Assembly (NCBI RefSeq): GCF_018977255.1
Contig: NW_024704742.1
Coordinates: 95,668,001 to 95,732,000 of the forward strand
From: Callorhinchus milii
Taxonomy: Eukaryota
Length of the DNA stretch: 64,000 nucleotides
Reading direction: 5' to 3'
Shown: one piece after another, positions 51,111 through 63,702 of the stretch
Position numbering within the stretch: position 1 is the first letter of the stretch
How the letters are laid out: each line of letters begins with the position of its first letter
Made by a program: the position numbers and the translations under genes
The notes under the pieces: model-generated
Seen by the model: the letters and a program-made list of their open reading frames with translations, nothing else
Told to the model about the DNA's origin: nothing
Databases searched by the model: none

Positions 51111-51734
51111 CTGGAGCAGCTGAACCTTGAGAGAAAAAGCAATATCGATGACAGGGTGTGGGGAAGGAAGCAGTTCAACTAACCTGCTATGCCGACTTAT
51201 AGCTGTTGAGAGGCTAAGGGATGTGGAAACAGGATTAAGAAAGCAGTCAAGAATTTTAAGTGTTCGAGCAATCACTCATAATTACTTCCGCAGAGATGAT
51301 GTTTCACTGGTACGTCTCTTGTATTGCTTCAGATATTCCAAAAGCATCCTTGAGTCATGTATAATGGTTTACGTGTGTGTATGTCTCATATAATATTCCA
51401 GGTACCCCTAATATTTTTTCTGTCTACTTTGGACTTAGTCCATTTCCTAAGTAGTAGCAAAGCTTTTTTTTCCTGTGGCAAATGGAGAAGCCAAAAGACG
51501 CTGAATAATGCTTTTAATCCTTCCATTACAGCAGCCACAGAGGCTTAAAAGAAATGAAATGCTATAAAGGTTATTTCAAAAGGTCATCCCACAGGATGCA
51601 GTGCAACAGACTCGCTGACTGATTACTTGTAAGCACATAAGAAGAATGAATGTTTCCAACGATCATCGAATGCTTCTTGCTGTGACTAGAGTTTGTCATT
51701 GTCATTGTCATGAATTTGAGACAATTTATTTCTC

Positions 51735-52650
51735 CAATGGCTCAGCTGGTAAAACCACTCACAAGGGTTAACTTGAGCCATATGGACCAGGAAGCCTCCG
51801 GGATTGATCTCTGGTTTGTGTTTGTGCAACAAAAATCGCACTCCTCCCTGGGCCCCCAGCTCCTCCATTCATGTCGCAACTCATCCAAAGCTCTCATTCG
51901 CACCAAACTCTGCACGCCCAACCTTCGCTAGTCTCAAATAGCTCTCTGTTTCCCAATGGATTGTCCTCAATGATAATCCGTCGACTACCTGGCAGCCCCT
52001 TCGAACTCCTCCTATCTTACTCCTCCACCTATTCCCTCCACTTAGCTAACTCAACTTCCTGTGTTTCCCCCACCCTCTTCGCACCATCATCAGTGAACGA
52101 AAATCAGTTCCTATGCCTTGAACCTCTGGAACGTCCCCTCTCTACCACTCCATCTTGTTCTGCTTTATGTCCTGCCTCAAATCCTACCTCTTTAAACATG
52201 CCTATGAACAGCTCCCTCTCCCCCTCTCCTATTCTTCCCCTCTCCCTTGCTCAGTTTCCAACCCCGTCCTTGTGAAGCGCTTCAAGATGTTACCCTGCAA
52301 GAAGAGCACTATATAAATTCAAGTTCTTGTTGTTAAGTTATCTGATCTCAGCTGGCGAAACCAGTAGGGTGGCTACCTTTGGCTCTCAGTGAGGGGAGGG
52401 GACACAAAGTAAACAGTTGTCATTCTCTTGATCGCTAACCAGTGCCATCAAGTGGAAGATGTTAATGAGGGATTCAGCTGAGGACAAGTTTGGTTCCTAC
52501 TGTGATTCCCCCTCCCTCCCTGTCTGGATGATTAGTTTACTGAGGGTCATCAATATCTGGGCTCGCATATGACAAATGGGAGTTTGAACGTGGAACCAGA
52601 ATATGTCAGTATATTCAGGAAAAGAGAAGAGAAGATTAAAAGTGGGAGAA
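51735..52650 (+). mobile_element. AmnSINE2-like SINE split by an L2 3' fragment
   Basis: Head tggctcagctggtaaa...gagccatatggaccaggaagcctccgggattgatctctggtttgtg resumes after 52333 as agttatctgatctcagctgg...tgatcgctaaccagtg...tgaggacaag...ctgtgat. Confidence 0.55.
51825..52333 (+). mobile_element. Decayed L2 3' fragment
   Basis: LLPGPP..SIH..QLIQS-like codons, ctctggaac, ctcaaatcctacctcttt, and terminal gtgaagcgcttcaagatg...tataaattcaagttcttgttgtt. Confidence 0.7.
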
Positions 52651-53844
52651 AGATTGAAGAATTTGACAGGATGAGAAGTAATAGTGGCCGAAGATGGGAT
52701 TTTTTAAAATGGTAATATTTTTCCTTCCTTAATGTGATTGAAAAAGCACTTGTTTGGGAAATGGCCGCCTAAATGGTGCCTCACACTGGCAAAAATGTCC
52801 CAAGATGTAAAGTGTGTCTCTTCCAGAAAGCAACTTACTCGTCACCTTGACTCAAGAGACCTAAACTCAGACATGAGTTCTCATAGTTCAGTCTGATATA
52901 CGTGGGATTCCCTGGAGAAATATACTCCAAGTCACGAAGCACCATTTACACTGACTTTTATACTTCCATATGGGCCTCGTTCAAGGCTCATCTCAAGACC
53001 TACCACATTGACTACGTTTACAGTTATTCTTCCCATCCCCTTCTTCTCCCACCCCCAGAACAGATACCCAGCCAGCAGTGTCAAGAGCTCTGAGGCATCC
53101 TCCTAACATGAAAAACACTGTATAAATGTTAATTGTATTGTATTTCCCAACAAACACATTTTCCAACCCTATTGTACCTTGCAATGCTGCTAAACATTGC
53201 TGGCTCAATCATGACAAGGTTGAGTTGCCCTGTAGTGGCTTAACAAGGCAATTCATCGTGAACCTGAACCTCGGAGGATTGGCTTTCAGCCGCAGCAGAT
53301 AGATGACATTTTTATTTTGTGCAATTTCAGGCCTGGGATTGGCAGAACTCCCACTACCAAATTAAAACGATTCTTAAATAAAAATTAAATGAAGTAATAA
53401 ATGTCAGTGGCTCTGAATATACAAGGCAGCAAACGGCTCCCATGCGCTAAATAAATGGCTGAGGTACCTAATTAGCAGCAACCATTCCTTTGTAGAGCAC
53501 ACTTAAGCTTACTGACTTTTATTGCTGTTATGGCACTTGTAATTTTGAAAATAGCAAAGCACTTCTGGTGACCATTTAATGAAACAATATTAATTTTGAG
53601 GCATTTTCATTTTAATTCAATTTTAATTTTTAAAAAAATAATTTATTTTTCCCTGGACTGACTGTTTTTTGAGAGAAACATAAATATACACAGCAGTTAG
53701 ATGGACTTGTTTAACTAGTTTTCTACATCCCTTCCTACCACACAATCTGACCTACTAATTCTGAAATAAGATGTTTTTTGCAGCCTATCATCTTAAATAT
53801 GAGCAGCATTCCCATTAACATTTAATACAATAAATCATCACTGT

Positions 53845-54071
53845 GGAGTTCACTTTGAAAAAAGAAGGGAGATTCCAGGCCAACAATCCCCCCAAATAAA
53901 ATTGATCATTCCCATGATGGTTGTGTGGGGAAATTGATGTGCGCAAAATTGGCTGCTGTGTTGACCCATAAAATATCCAGTCATTCACTTTACAGTATAT
54001 CCTGTGAAGCGCTATGGGACGTTCTCCTGACCTGAAGGGTGCTATACCAAATAAAAGGATTATTATTATTG
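53845..54071 (+). mobile_element. DeuSINE 3' portion
   Basis: ggccaacaatccccccaaataaaattg...gcgcaaaattggctgc...gtgaagcgctatgggacg...(att)n. Confidence 0.8.
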
Positions 54072-56792
54072 TTTCAAAAGGTTTTCAGTGCTGTACCAGT
54101 GATTTAAGAGTTAATGGACAAACTCCACTGGTATTTCACTGATCTAGAAGAATTAAGTTCTATACGAGCACTTCGGTTATTTCAAAAGCATACATCTTCA
54201 CAAGAGGTACAGGAATACTTATAAATATTCTGGAAATTATAGACGAGTACCCTGTCAACTCCACAAAAAAAATGCAAGGTGGTAAAGTAAAGGAGTTATT
54301 GTTTGAGTTAATAAGAACCCTGGATATCACTAAGCAATTTTTATTTTATCTTTTGTCCTGTACAGAGTGTTTTCAGGCAACATTTGTAGACAATTTATAA
54401 AAGAGAGTTGGCGTGAATTCAATACTTGGCTTGCAATAAAATAAATCAAAGAAATGTGGCTGTAAAGTGTGTACGGTGTTGTTATCACCAATCAGTGCGC
54501 TGTGTTTTCGAATGGTGATTTGGCATGAAGTCATGTTGCATTATATTGGGTTGAACCATTGGGTCTGTGTCAATTATTTGAATTAATTGCTTGACCCTGT
54601 GTTGCAACTGGGCCAACATTATATACGTTAATCGTACAAAACGTCAATGGATCTTTGCTCGATCCGTTCTTTTTTATGTTTTATTAGAGATCAAATCATA
54701 TTATTTAATGTAAAAATCGCAGAGGAATTACAAGTCTGCTGCCATTTTAGATACCTTACTGCCAGCACTGTACATATAAACTGAATTATTTGGCTTGGCA
54801 GCCAGAAACAGCTGACAAGAATGCTCCCTTTCACATGACTCAATCTGTTGTTAATGATCACATGTAAAGATCACATTTCTATTGGCATAAATTGAGTTAA
54901 TCTTATATTAATTTCCAACCAGTATCTGGATACCATCTGGAGGTGAATAGGCCAGTGGGAAAAATAAGCCAACAATTCTCAACGCTAATTTAAGTACTTA
55001 ATAGGCTCTCTTTCATCTATTGCAGCTTTTGACATTTGACCCATTTTTCCATTATTTTTAGCCAAACATTTCACAGAAATAACAGTATATCATATTCCAA
55101 ACAGACCTACACAGAGCCATAGAAAAATACAATATAGATGAGCATAACAAGAAATACAATAAGGTAAAAGGTTATAGAGGACCATATTTTCTCTTTTCTA
55201 AAATACTGTCACCAAGTCACACTAAGAACATCACTACATTGAAGTCTAATATTTATATATATATATAAGCAAGGAGTCAGAAGTATGAACTTGGAAACCA
55301 TTATGCAGGTGTCCATTTTATCATTTGCTGCATATATAGTGTCTCAGACCCATCTAATCCTCATCTATTCTGTCAGCGTTTGTCCCAAGTGATCTTCACT
55401 CAAAACAGAACATATGATATAACGGAGTCATCATCCTGCTCCAAACTCAAAAGATCAGGGTCATCTTATGGGCAAAATCTGATAATGGAGACCAGATATG
55501 ATAAGAATTGATCAATCTCCCGCTGGAAACCATAATCTAATTACTCCGAGTGGAATCCAGTCTAATCGCATTTCCATCCACTGAAATAGATCAGGTTGAA
55601 TCTTCTCATTCCATTCCCTCAAACTGCACTTGAGCGTAATATGCCAATTAAGCAGTTAACATTTGGGTTCCTGAGGGTGTCCAATGAAAATCCCAGTGAA
55701 ACATGTGAAGAATATCAAGTCAATAAACAGTGCAGAGGCAAAATGTCACTTAATAATGGGCGAAGCCTGAAGTCCATAAGATAACATTTCAGGGCAAGAC
55801 CAAAGAGAAGTACTTTCCCCTCCCTTTCCTACATTTGGGACGTGCTAGCAAGATGTGTGGAACATTATACATGCACAGTGCTTTCAATAATATGTTAATC
55901 ATGCAAACTGTTGCATTGTATTTCACTAGCATTGTTGTTGGAGCCAACCTGTTTCAAACACAGACTCAGTCCTTGTCACTAACCCCACTGTCTCAATTTT
56001 CTCTCAAATGTTTCTGTTACAACATGCATTTTTTTGTAGACCATGAATAATACATATTGTAACACGAGGATACTTCATGCCTGATTTATTCTTTTGGGAT
56101 ATTGTCTTATTGTCTTAAGTAGGGTCACTGATAGGTCAGAGTTGAACTTAATGAATTTACATTGTAAAGCATTGTAGATTTGTAGCTTGGATGGTGGTTG
56201 GGGGGGGAGTGGTGTGGGGGAGGATGGAGTGTGGGGGGGCGGTGGAGAAGAGATGGACAGAATTTTCTCCAGGCCAGTCTCGGTTTCAATTAGTTGAAAG
56301 GATTTGGGGATTTTAACCTGGAACAAATCGTAACTCTAGCAATTCAAACCCTAAATTAAATGTCAGACTCATGCCAATCATCTGCTGCTGATTTGTCCCC
56401 TCAAAGCGACTATAAAATACCCTGGAGTAACTAATAGTGTGGATTCAGTGCAGTTTACATTAGTGGGTAGAATCCAAAGCACTGGGGATAAAATGGAAAG
56501 AAATGGTCATTCACAAATTGCCACGGTCAGGTGAGCTCAGAATTGGCATGTCATCTGACAGGCGTCTCTGTCTGTCTATTGTCCCTCCTCCTTCCTGTCT
56601 CTCCCTCATCCTTGGAGTTGTCACTATTACCAGTTCCTGCTCACCTCAACTTCTGCTTCTGTCCACCCTCATTCATCTTCAACTCAGGATGCAGTTTCCG
56701 CCTGATCAGGAAGTCGTCCCCTGTTCTCTGCAGCACATAACGGCTGAGCCATGACTTTTAGTGGTGCCTGCACTGCCAGCCAGCCCACCATG

Positions 56793-56930
56793 GAAACAGG
56801 AGTAGGCCATTCAACCCCTCAAGCCTACTCCACCATATCTATTAGATCATGACTGATTTGTACTTCAACTACATTTATCCGTCTTTGCTCCATATCCCTT
56901 GATATCCTTACCTAACAAAAATCTATTAAA
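56793..56930 (-). mobile_element. CR1 3'UTR fragment
   Basis: aggagtaggccattcaacccctcaagcctactccaccat...agatcatgactgat is the reverse complement of the CR1 3'UTR at about 23555-23615. Confidence 0.8.
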
Positions 56931-57877
56931 TCGATCCAGAAAAACTCCCAGCTGTTGCTATTGCATTTTCCAGAACTGCTGCGCTCTTTGCTTAGTGTAA
57001 ATATTCCCCTCCCAATTGGATCAATGGAGTTTATATGAAACCAAATTTAAATCCCTGAACGAATAACATTTATTCTGTCGCATTAACTTTTCCAGGAAAG
57101 TGCTGAGAAATGACATAATAAAATGAACAGATTATTGTAAACAATAATTCACTAATATTTCAAAATCCAATTGCTACTCAGTCTTGGGTGGAACCAATTC
57201 TTATTCAGCCACAATTGATGAGGTCCATTTGTGATGCCATTTACAAAGGCTAGTGGACTAATGAAAACAATATGTTATCGCAGATAATTCTGGCTGGAGG
57301 ACCTGTTTAAGGTATGCAAGTTAATCTTTCATACAACACCACATTTATAGTCACCTGACCCTAGAATTGGTAATGTAATCCAAATACCTGTACTGGCCAG
57401 GTATTATTGTTTTGAATATTTGGGGTCTGTTATTTTGCCCTTTCTTTGCTGCCACAACTTGATCTTCTTTGCTGCTGTCAATTTTTAGCTGTTCAGGTTT
57501 GGCTGCTCTTTAACCATTACTATTATTGTGACAAGAGCACTTACTGTGGGTATCATCACATGACAGGAAGAGAAGGCAAGGCAAAGATGTGTTTTGGCAG
57601 CTTCTTACAGCGTGAGCTGACAGCTTGCGAAGACGATAAAACATGTATAATGGAATAATCAGTGAGAAATCCTGCTCTTATTCTTTGAATCCCTTGAATG
57701 TGAAAATGCCTTACACCTCAGTCCCGTTCATCTGTTGATGTACATTGAGCATTCAACAAATATATTGTACAGTGTTTTTTTTGCAAATGCCAAGACAGCA
57801 TGCTGAATAACAGGAGTCATCCGGTGTATGTATGTATGACTCTTAAACTTTATCACCCCTTTCCTCTAAACCTTGTA

Positions 57878-58253
57878 GAGTCCTGTAGCTTTGTGGTTAG
57901 AGCACTTGCCTCGCAAGTGGGAGGACCTTGGTTCAATTCCCAGTAGGGTGAAATGTTGGGCAAATTTCCTTACTCCTCATGCCTTTGTGTGGAGTAAGTA
58001 GGAACCCAGTTGTTATTCGATTGGCAGAACGCTTTTCCAGGGATAATAATTCCTTCAAAAAAACATAATTTTGTCACTTAATCGACGATTGTTTGTGAGA
58101 CACTGCTGTGCACACTTGGCTGCCACGTTTCGTCTACGAAATACACAGTCAATTCACTTTACAGTGTATTCTGTGAAGCGCTTTGAGATGTCTCAAAGAC
58201 GTGATAAAGCGCTCTATCAAATGCAAGGATTATTATTTTATTTGTTATTATTA
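57878..58253 (+). mobile_element. tRNA-Ala-derived SINE, long subfamily
   Basis: gagtcctgtagctttgtggttagagcac head, module agtaagtaggaacccagttgttattcgattggc, (ATT)-rich tail. Confidence 0.9.
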
Positions 58254-59039
58254 CTGAAAACTGGTTTAACTAACTACCCTCAATTATTTGACATATGAAT
58301 TGCAACCTTGGAGCAAAATTTAAATGGGGAAATAAAATGTCTGCTCTAATTTGCAACATTATTAACAGTTAGATAATTATTCAGTACTGTATGGGTTACA
58401 CAAACATGCCTGAAATACCCCTTCATATATGGTATTGGTATAGGATTGAGTTAAAACACTTAGGATTCTTTTGAGTATGATACTTTCCAGGAATTTGAAA
58501 TCAAAAATGATCTGAAGAGATTCTACAAAAGCTAAGACATTAAACAATGTTTTGAGTATGAGAATACACTGGGAAAGATTCTATGGATATTTATCACATT
58601 GCCTTAAATTGGGGAGAACCAAAAATATACAGTCAATTCACTTTTGAATATATTCTGTGAAGCGCTTTGAGAGGTCTAGAAGATGTGATAAGGCACTATA
58701 TCAAATGCAAGGATTATTATTATTATTATAGATTTACTCTACCTTTATTTAGCATGGGAAGACTGACTGCAAGAACATGCAATATGCGCTAACTTGCACT
58801 TACTTTTGTCTGCATCCCATGATAAGATGGGTTGAATTTTATGGACTCCGACCCTGCAAGGCTGGAACTACAAGGATGGAAGCTAACCTGAGACTACAAA
58901 CAGGTTCCTACTTACTGCTAGGGAAAGAGATGTGGGTGGGGGGGAAGGGTTCGGGCGCTTGGGGGTTACTGAAGAGGAAGATAGGGAAACATTGGAGTTG
59001 GAGTGAGGTTTAGTCAATTTCCTGTGATTATTTATGATA

Positions 59040-59490
59040 TTCAAGAGCGTGTACAGAGGAGGTTCACGGATTAGAGGCTTTATTTATGAGGAGAGACTTG
59101 AGAAACCAATGCTATTTTCATCACAACAGAGAAGGCGAGAGAGGTTCAAAAATTATGAGGGATTTTGATAAATGTAAACTGGGAGAAATCATTTCCATTG
59201 GTTGGTGAGTCAGTGACTAGAGGGCATCAGTTTAAGATCATGACCCAAAAAGAAAAGGAAGAGGTTAGGAGAGTTTTCTTTACATTGACTGTTATCAAGG
59301 TATAATTTAAACAATGGTTTAAACAGACTATAGTAGCTTTGAATGACAAATATTTGAAAAAGAAAAATATAAAAGGGTATAGAGAAAGAGCAGGGAAGTG
59401 GGAATAAATGGTACCTCTTTCAGAGAGCTGGCACAGGTATGATGGACCCAATGACTTTCTCTGTGCTGTACAATTCTATAATTTTATGAT
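59040..59490 (+). mobile_element. Old CR1 3' fragment
   Basis: gtacagaggaggttcac (VQRRF), tatgaggagagacttgagaaa (YEERLEK), actagagggcat (TRGH), and a 3'UTR ending ctgtgctgtacaattctata. Confidence 0.8.
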
Positions 59491-60159
59491 ATACCCCAAC
59501 TACTAAAGTGGAAAGGCTCCCATTACTGTGGGCAGCCACTTGCCTGGCAACCACACCATTGGCTTTCAACTATGTTGGAAGTCACACTATAAACTCATTA
59601 TGATATTCACAACGTGTTTTGAAATGAAGTGGTGCAGAAACATATAAAAAAAGGAATGAGCACGCACATTTGATATCTGGGACACGCTGGCAAAAACATG
59701 TAAAACTAATTCTGCACTTTTGAGATTTTCATCCTTTTCCTATTAAACTGGAATGTTCACAGTGCAGGCTGTCTTTCCAGTCCATCCCCAAATTATTGAC
59801 TGTTGGCTAACTTGACTTGCCAGTGCCCTCCCCTCTGCTGATTGTGCAGTAGATTTATTGGCATTTACTGCCACAATGCTTGTCCAGCTCTTTGAGAAAC
59901 CTGGGGTTACATAGTACTTACTGACTTCTTACTAAGCCTTTGGACTTGAAACTGTTTTTTTATAAATTCTGGCTCTTTATTGTAAGAAACAGAAGCTGAA
60001 AATCATATTCATTTAACTTTGATCGATTTATAATAGGGTCTAAAAGTCACTAAAATATTGGACCTTTTTCTTATGTGCCATGAGGTACCAAGATACAAAT
60101 ATAATTTAAATATGGGTATTTTAACTGAGATCTGATAAACTTTTAGGTACTTAGCAANT

Positions 60160-60617
60160 TTTTTTCTCTCTTATTGGGATTTAACTAAAGTACAGATAAA
60201 AAATATAGTATCCAATTTGGATTTCTTTGTACTGCTATTGATTTGCTTTACAATTTGAACCAAACAGGAAACTGCAATAACTTTTATTTATTATAACGGT
60301 TAACACATAAAAGAATATTTCAACGGTCTTAACAATTGGAGCATTAATACTGAGCACAAAGTTGGAGGAATTTAGAGGTTACTGTCAAAGGGATCATTTA
60401 TCTTAGATTTCTGAAAGCATGGAGAAAAGTAGTAACAGAGGACAGGATTGAAGAAGCTGAAGGTTCAGACTCTGATTGTGAAGGTGAGAGTGTAGAGCAT
60501 AAGCAATGCACTAGAGTTGAAATAGCGAACAGTGCAGGATGGGACATAGACTTGGAGAGGCTTATACAGATAGCATGGAGCAAGGTCGTAGAGGGATTTG
60601 AAAAGGAGGGCAAGTAA
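60160..60617 (+). pseudogene. Possible decayed Tx1/L1-clade ORF2 C-terminus
   Basis: Broken frames WDLTKVQIKNIVSNLDF...TKQETAITFI... and ...LEEFRGYC...YLRFLKAWRKV... resemble the post-zinc-knuckle region ending F...W of Tx1-like ORF2. Judged by eye only. Confidence 0.3.
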
Positions 60618-61149
60618 AATCTATATACTATTGATAGGGACGGAAAAAACTAACATCAAATGCAAGGATTATTATTTATTAAACCTATTAAACGTGCTGT
60701 TCTATAATGATATTTTGAAGTGGACTAACTAAATTTGATGAAATAACCAGTAAAACAGTTTAAATGCAGAATATTGTTCATGACAATTTATATAAATCAA
60801 GTTATTGTTGTAGTATACTAGAATATAACCTCATGTAGAACCAGAGTATAGCGCAAGATAGTTATAAAAGGAACAAGTTTATAATGAAATTGAACCTGGT
60901 GGTTGCTGAGAACACATGAAGACCTGGAACATTTGGATTGAATGCCAAAGGACAAATCACAGCTTTGTCATGGTTCATTACATTCTCCAACAATGTGATG
61001 TAGACATGATAACTGGTTCTACATTGAACTTCAGCATCTGTCCAGAGGACATAGCTTCAGGCAATGGTGCTGGCACCCAAAGTGAAACAAACGCAAGAGA
61101 TTACATAACATTTTCTGGCTGTTATTCCAATGGTTTGTGCAGTATACTT

Positions 61150-62100
61150 AGTTACAGCTGCAAGCTGCAGCAGCTTCTATGTCCTTCATACTACGTAGAG
61201 TTGTGGCTTAAGCATTAACAACTGTTGCGGTTCATCTGCAGTCATGATCCTGTGGAAAAATGACAGTCTGACCACATCTCACCAATGTTTAGAGAATGGA
61301 TTCTGGCATGGAGTAGACCATCCTTATTTACTTCACTGGATTTAATGGGTTTAGGCTGTACTAAACTAAGTTTAGAAGCAAGATATAGGTTTTATCTGCA
61401 GCCTGTCAACAAGGCTATATCACTGGGACATAAAGACTTTACTGAACATTAAGACTGCAACACTACAACTTTTATTTATTATAACGGTTAACACACAAAA
61501 GAATATTTCAAAGGTCTTAACAATTAGGTTGAGGTTTCTTGGCAGTTTTAGCTCTGCTACCAGCTTTCCAGCCATCATAAGTTCATCGACACAACTCTTA
61601 TACATGAGTGGAATGCTTTAACGGAAGAGAGTTTTGTCCCTTGCAGTGGAAAGGTTGGTGAGCAATACCATATTCAAGTTTTTTCAATAGTGTTTCTGAA
61701 ATGTCCTGAAGATAGCACAACGTTTGCTCCCCCATTGCCCCATTCACTGTCTTTTAGATTGTCTTTCTAAATTGCTCAAGTGATACCTTCAGCACAATAA
61801 TAACATGTAATTTAATGACATCTAATTACCATTGAAGAATATGAAGAGCTTACTTTTACAGACCCAGTTTGCACAGGTAACGAGAAATGGAGGAAAGGCT
61901 GAAGAGTAAGGAAATTGGAGTCTGTTGGGTCAGCCACAATATGACTATACTGATATTGTATGAACAATCCACTTGTGAAATACTGCTCTTCCTGATTCCA
62001 AACCATTGTGAATGCATCTCATGTCTATGGACAAGAATAGAGAATCACAAATATGAGGGTCTTGTCATTGACAGGAATCACAAACAAGTCCAAGCCTGAA
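61150..62100 (-). pseudogene. Possible decayed Gypsy-type integrase remnants
   Basis: Minus-strand remnants in the expected order: VCDSCQ, HIVADP..SNFL, NG.A...RTF, LFR*...ELMMAGKL...LKL, LLTGCR...LVQPK, HAR...LNIGE, ATVV...RS; many stops and frameshifts. Confidence 0.35.
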
Positions 62101-62551
62101 ATCCTACAGGGATGTCAGGGATGCATCTTTCATCTGCTCCCAAAGTTCATGTCTCAGTAAAGAACATCTGGTGCTACGTTCTGGGGTCCTTGGATGTAAA
62201 CAGATGAGAGAGTCAGGCTGGAAGGGCCACACAGATATTCATTTTAATTTTTGCATAATATAAATTGCTACAGAGGTTTGTTGATAGAATACAAAATAAG
62301 TTGGAAGCATAAAGAAACTCCTTAAAAAAAAACATGAGTAGCATGTCCCTAAGCCTCAGGAACCAGATGGGTTTTGTCACTTTTTTCCTGCCAAAATCCC
62401 TGCAGGATAGTTTCCAAGCTTTTATATAAAAAAAGGTTGAAATTCTGGAACACAAACACTAGTAAGAGCTAATGTCAGTTTGTTGTTTTTTTTATGCCAG
62501 TTTATTTCCACTTAAATATTCCAAAGAATGGATATCTTTCCCAGAAACCTC

Positions 62552-63200
62552 CAGCAAGTGGGAAATGGTGCAACCAATGACAGCTTGGTACACAAGGGGC
62601 CTTTGATCGCCTAGTTAGTGAGATTATTGAGTTCCAGTCACCGAGCAGCCCACAAGGGGGAAAAGCTACCCAAGGCTTGAGGCAGAGTCATTCAACTCGA
62701 CCAGCAACAAGCAAATTAGTGAAATGCAGACATGCTCTGTTGCCTTCAGATGCCATGATAGCTGTTACATTTCCTTTACCCCATGTATTGCACCATGTGA
62801 ACATACCAGCTTATCAATTTCCCACACAGTTGTGCTAGAATATTACACACTAGTTTGTAAAACTTAAACACAGTTAAGGGGATCAAAAATACTTTTTTTT
62901 TACAAATCAAACCACTGTACAGACTTTTAAAGTCACTGATGAAAAGTATGACTTTTTTTATCACTAGATATATATTAGAACTTACAAGCATCAATACGAT
63001 ATGTATCAAAATCTCTTCCCCCTTATCAGGTCAATGAACTTGAAAGATTGCTGCAAAAATTGTTGACTGAATAGAAGTTTTTTTTAATTAAAGTGCTATT
63101 GTAGCCCACATGAATATGTCACTAACAAAGTGTAGCCATGTATGCAGACATTACACAAATACAGAGATATAAACCTGCCCCTCCCCAAAAATGACTACAG
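62552..63200. repeat. Unassigned diverged ~650-bp repeat, copy 2 (copy 1 at 18472-19120)
   Basis: Same orientation and collinear shared blocks as copy 1. Confidence 0.85.
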
Positions 63201-63482
63201 TAAATAATGGTACAGATGAGAGCCAAGGGAAGGGGGTAGAGGAGAGATGACCGAAAGCCAATAGGCTAGACACGGTGAAATTGTTGGACTTCTATCTATG
63301 AAATAAATCATAGTTAAAGAACAGCTATATCCAGCATTTGTTATAAATTTTGTTTTAAAATGCAAGTAAACAATAAAAATGTTACCATTCACAACGCCCC
63401 CAAATTAAACATGCTTTTTCTTGGACATGGTTGGGGGTTAAGTTGCTTTTCACCATTATTCTCCCACTGTTGGAATGGGTTC

Positions 63483-63702
63483 AACAACAAAAAAAAATTA
63501 CATTTGTATAGCGCCTTTCACGTCGGGAGGATATCCCAAGCCACTGGACAGTCAGTGTTTCAAACCCAACCTGGGGGTCGGGATTGGGGAGGGTGGAGGG
63601 CAGGGTGGGAAGGAGGGTGATCAAAAGCACAGTCGAAGAGGAGGGACTTGAGATGGGTCTTGAAGGAGGCAAGGGAGGGTCGAGGTGGAAGGAATGTGGG
63701 AT
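63483..63702 (-). mobile_element. L2 3' terminal fragment
   Basis: Reverse complement of the 10015-10245 and 27468-27668 fragments. Confidence 0.85.

Noticed and set aside
50478..51275. 265-aa Pro/Ser-rich ORF as L2 ORF1 or a host gene
   Set aside because: It starts outside the TSD-bounded element and runs through low-complexity C/T-rich sequence that is naturally poor in stop codons.
56374..56417. CCAAT plus TATAAAA core promoter
   Set aside because: These short motifs are expected by chance in 64 kb of AT-rich DNA, and there is no CpG island or downstream gene structure.
56645..56728. Minus-strand exon RTGDDFLIRRKLHPELKMNEGGQKQKL with a GTGAGC donor
   Set aside because: Poor polypyrimidine tract and no recognisable homology; cannot be supported without transcripts.
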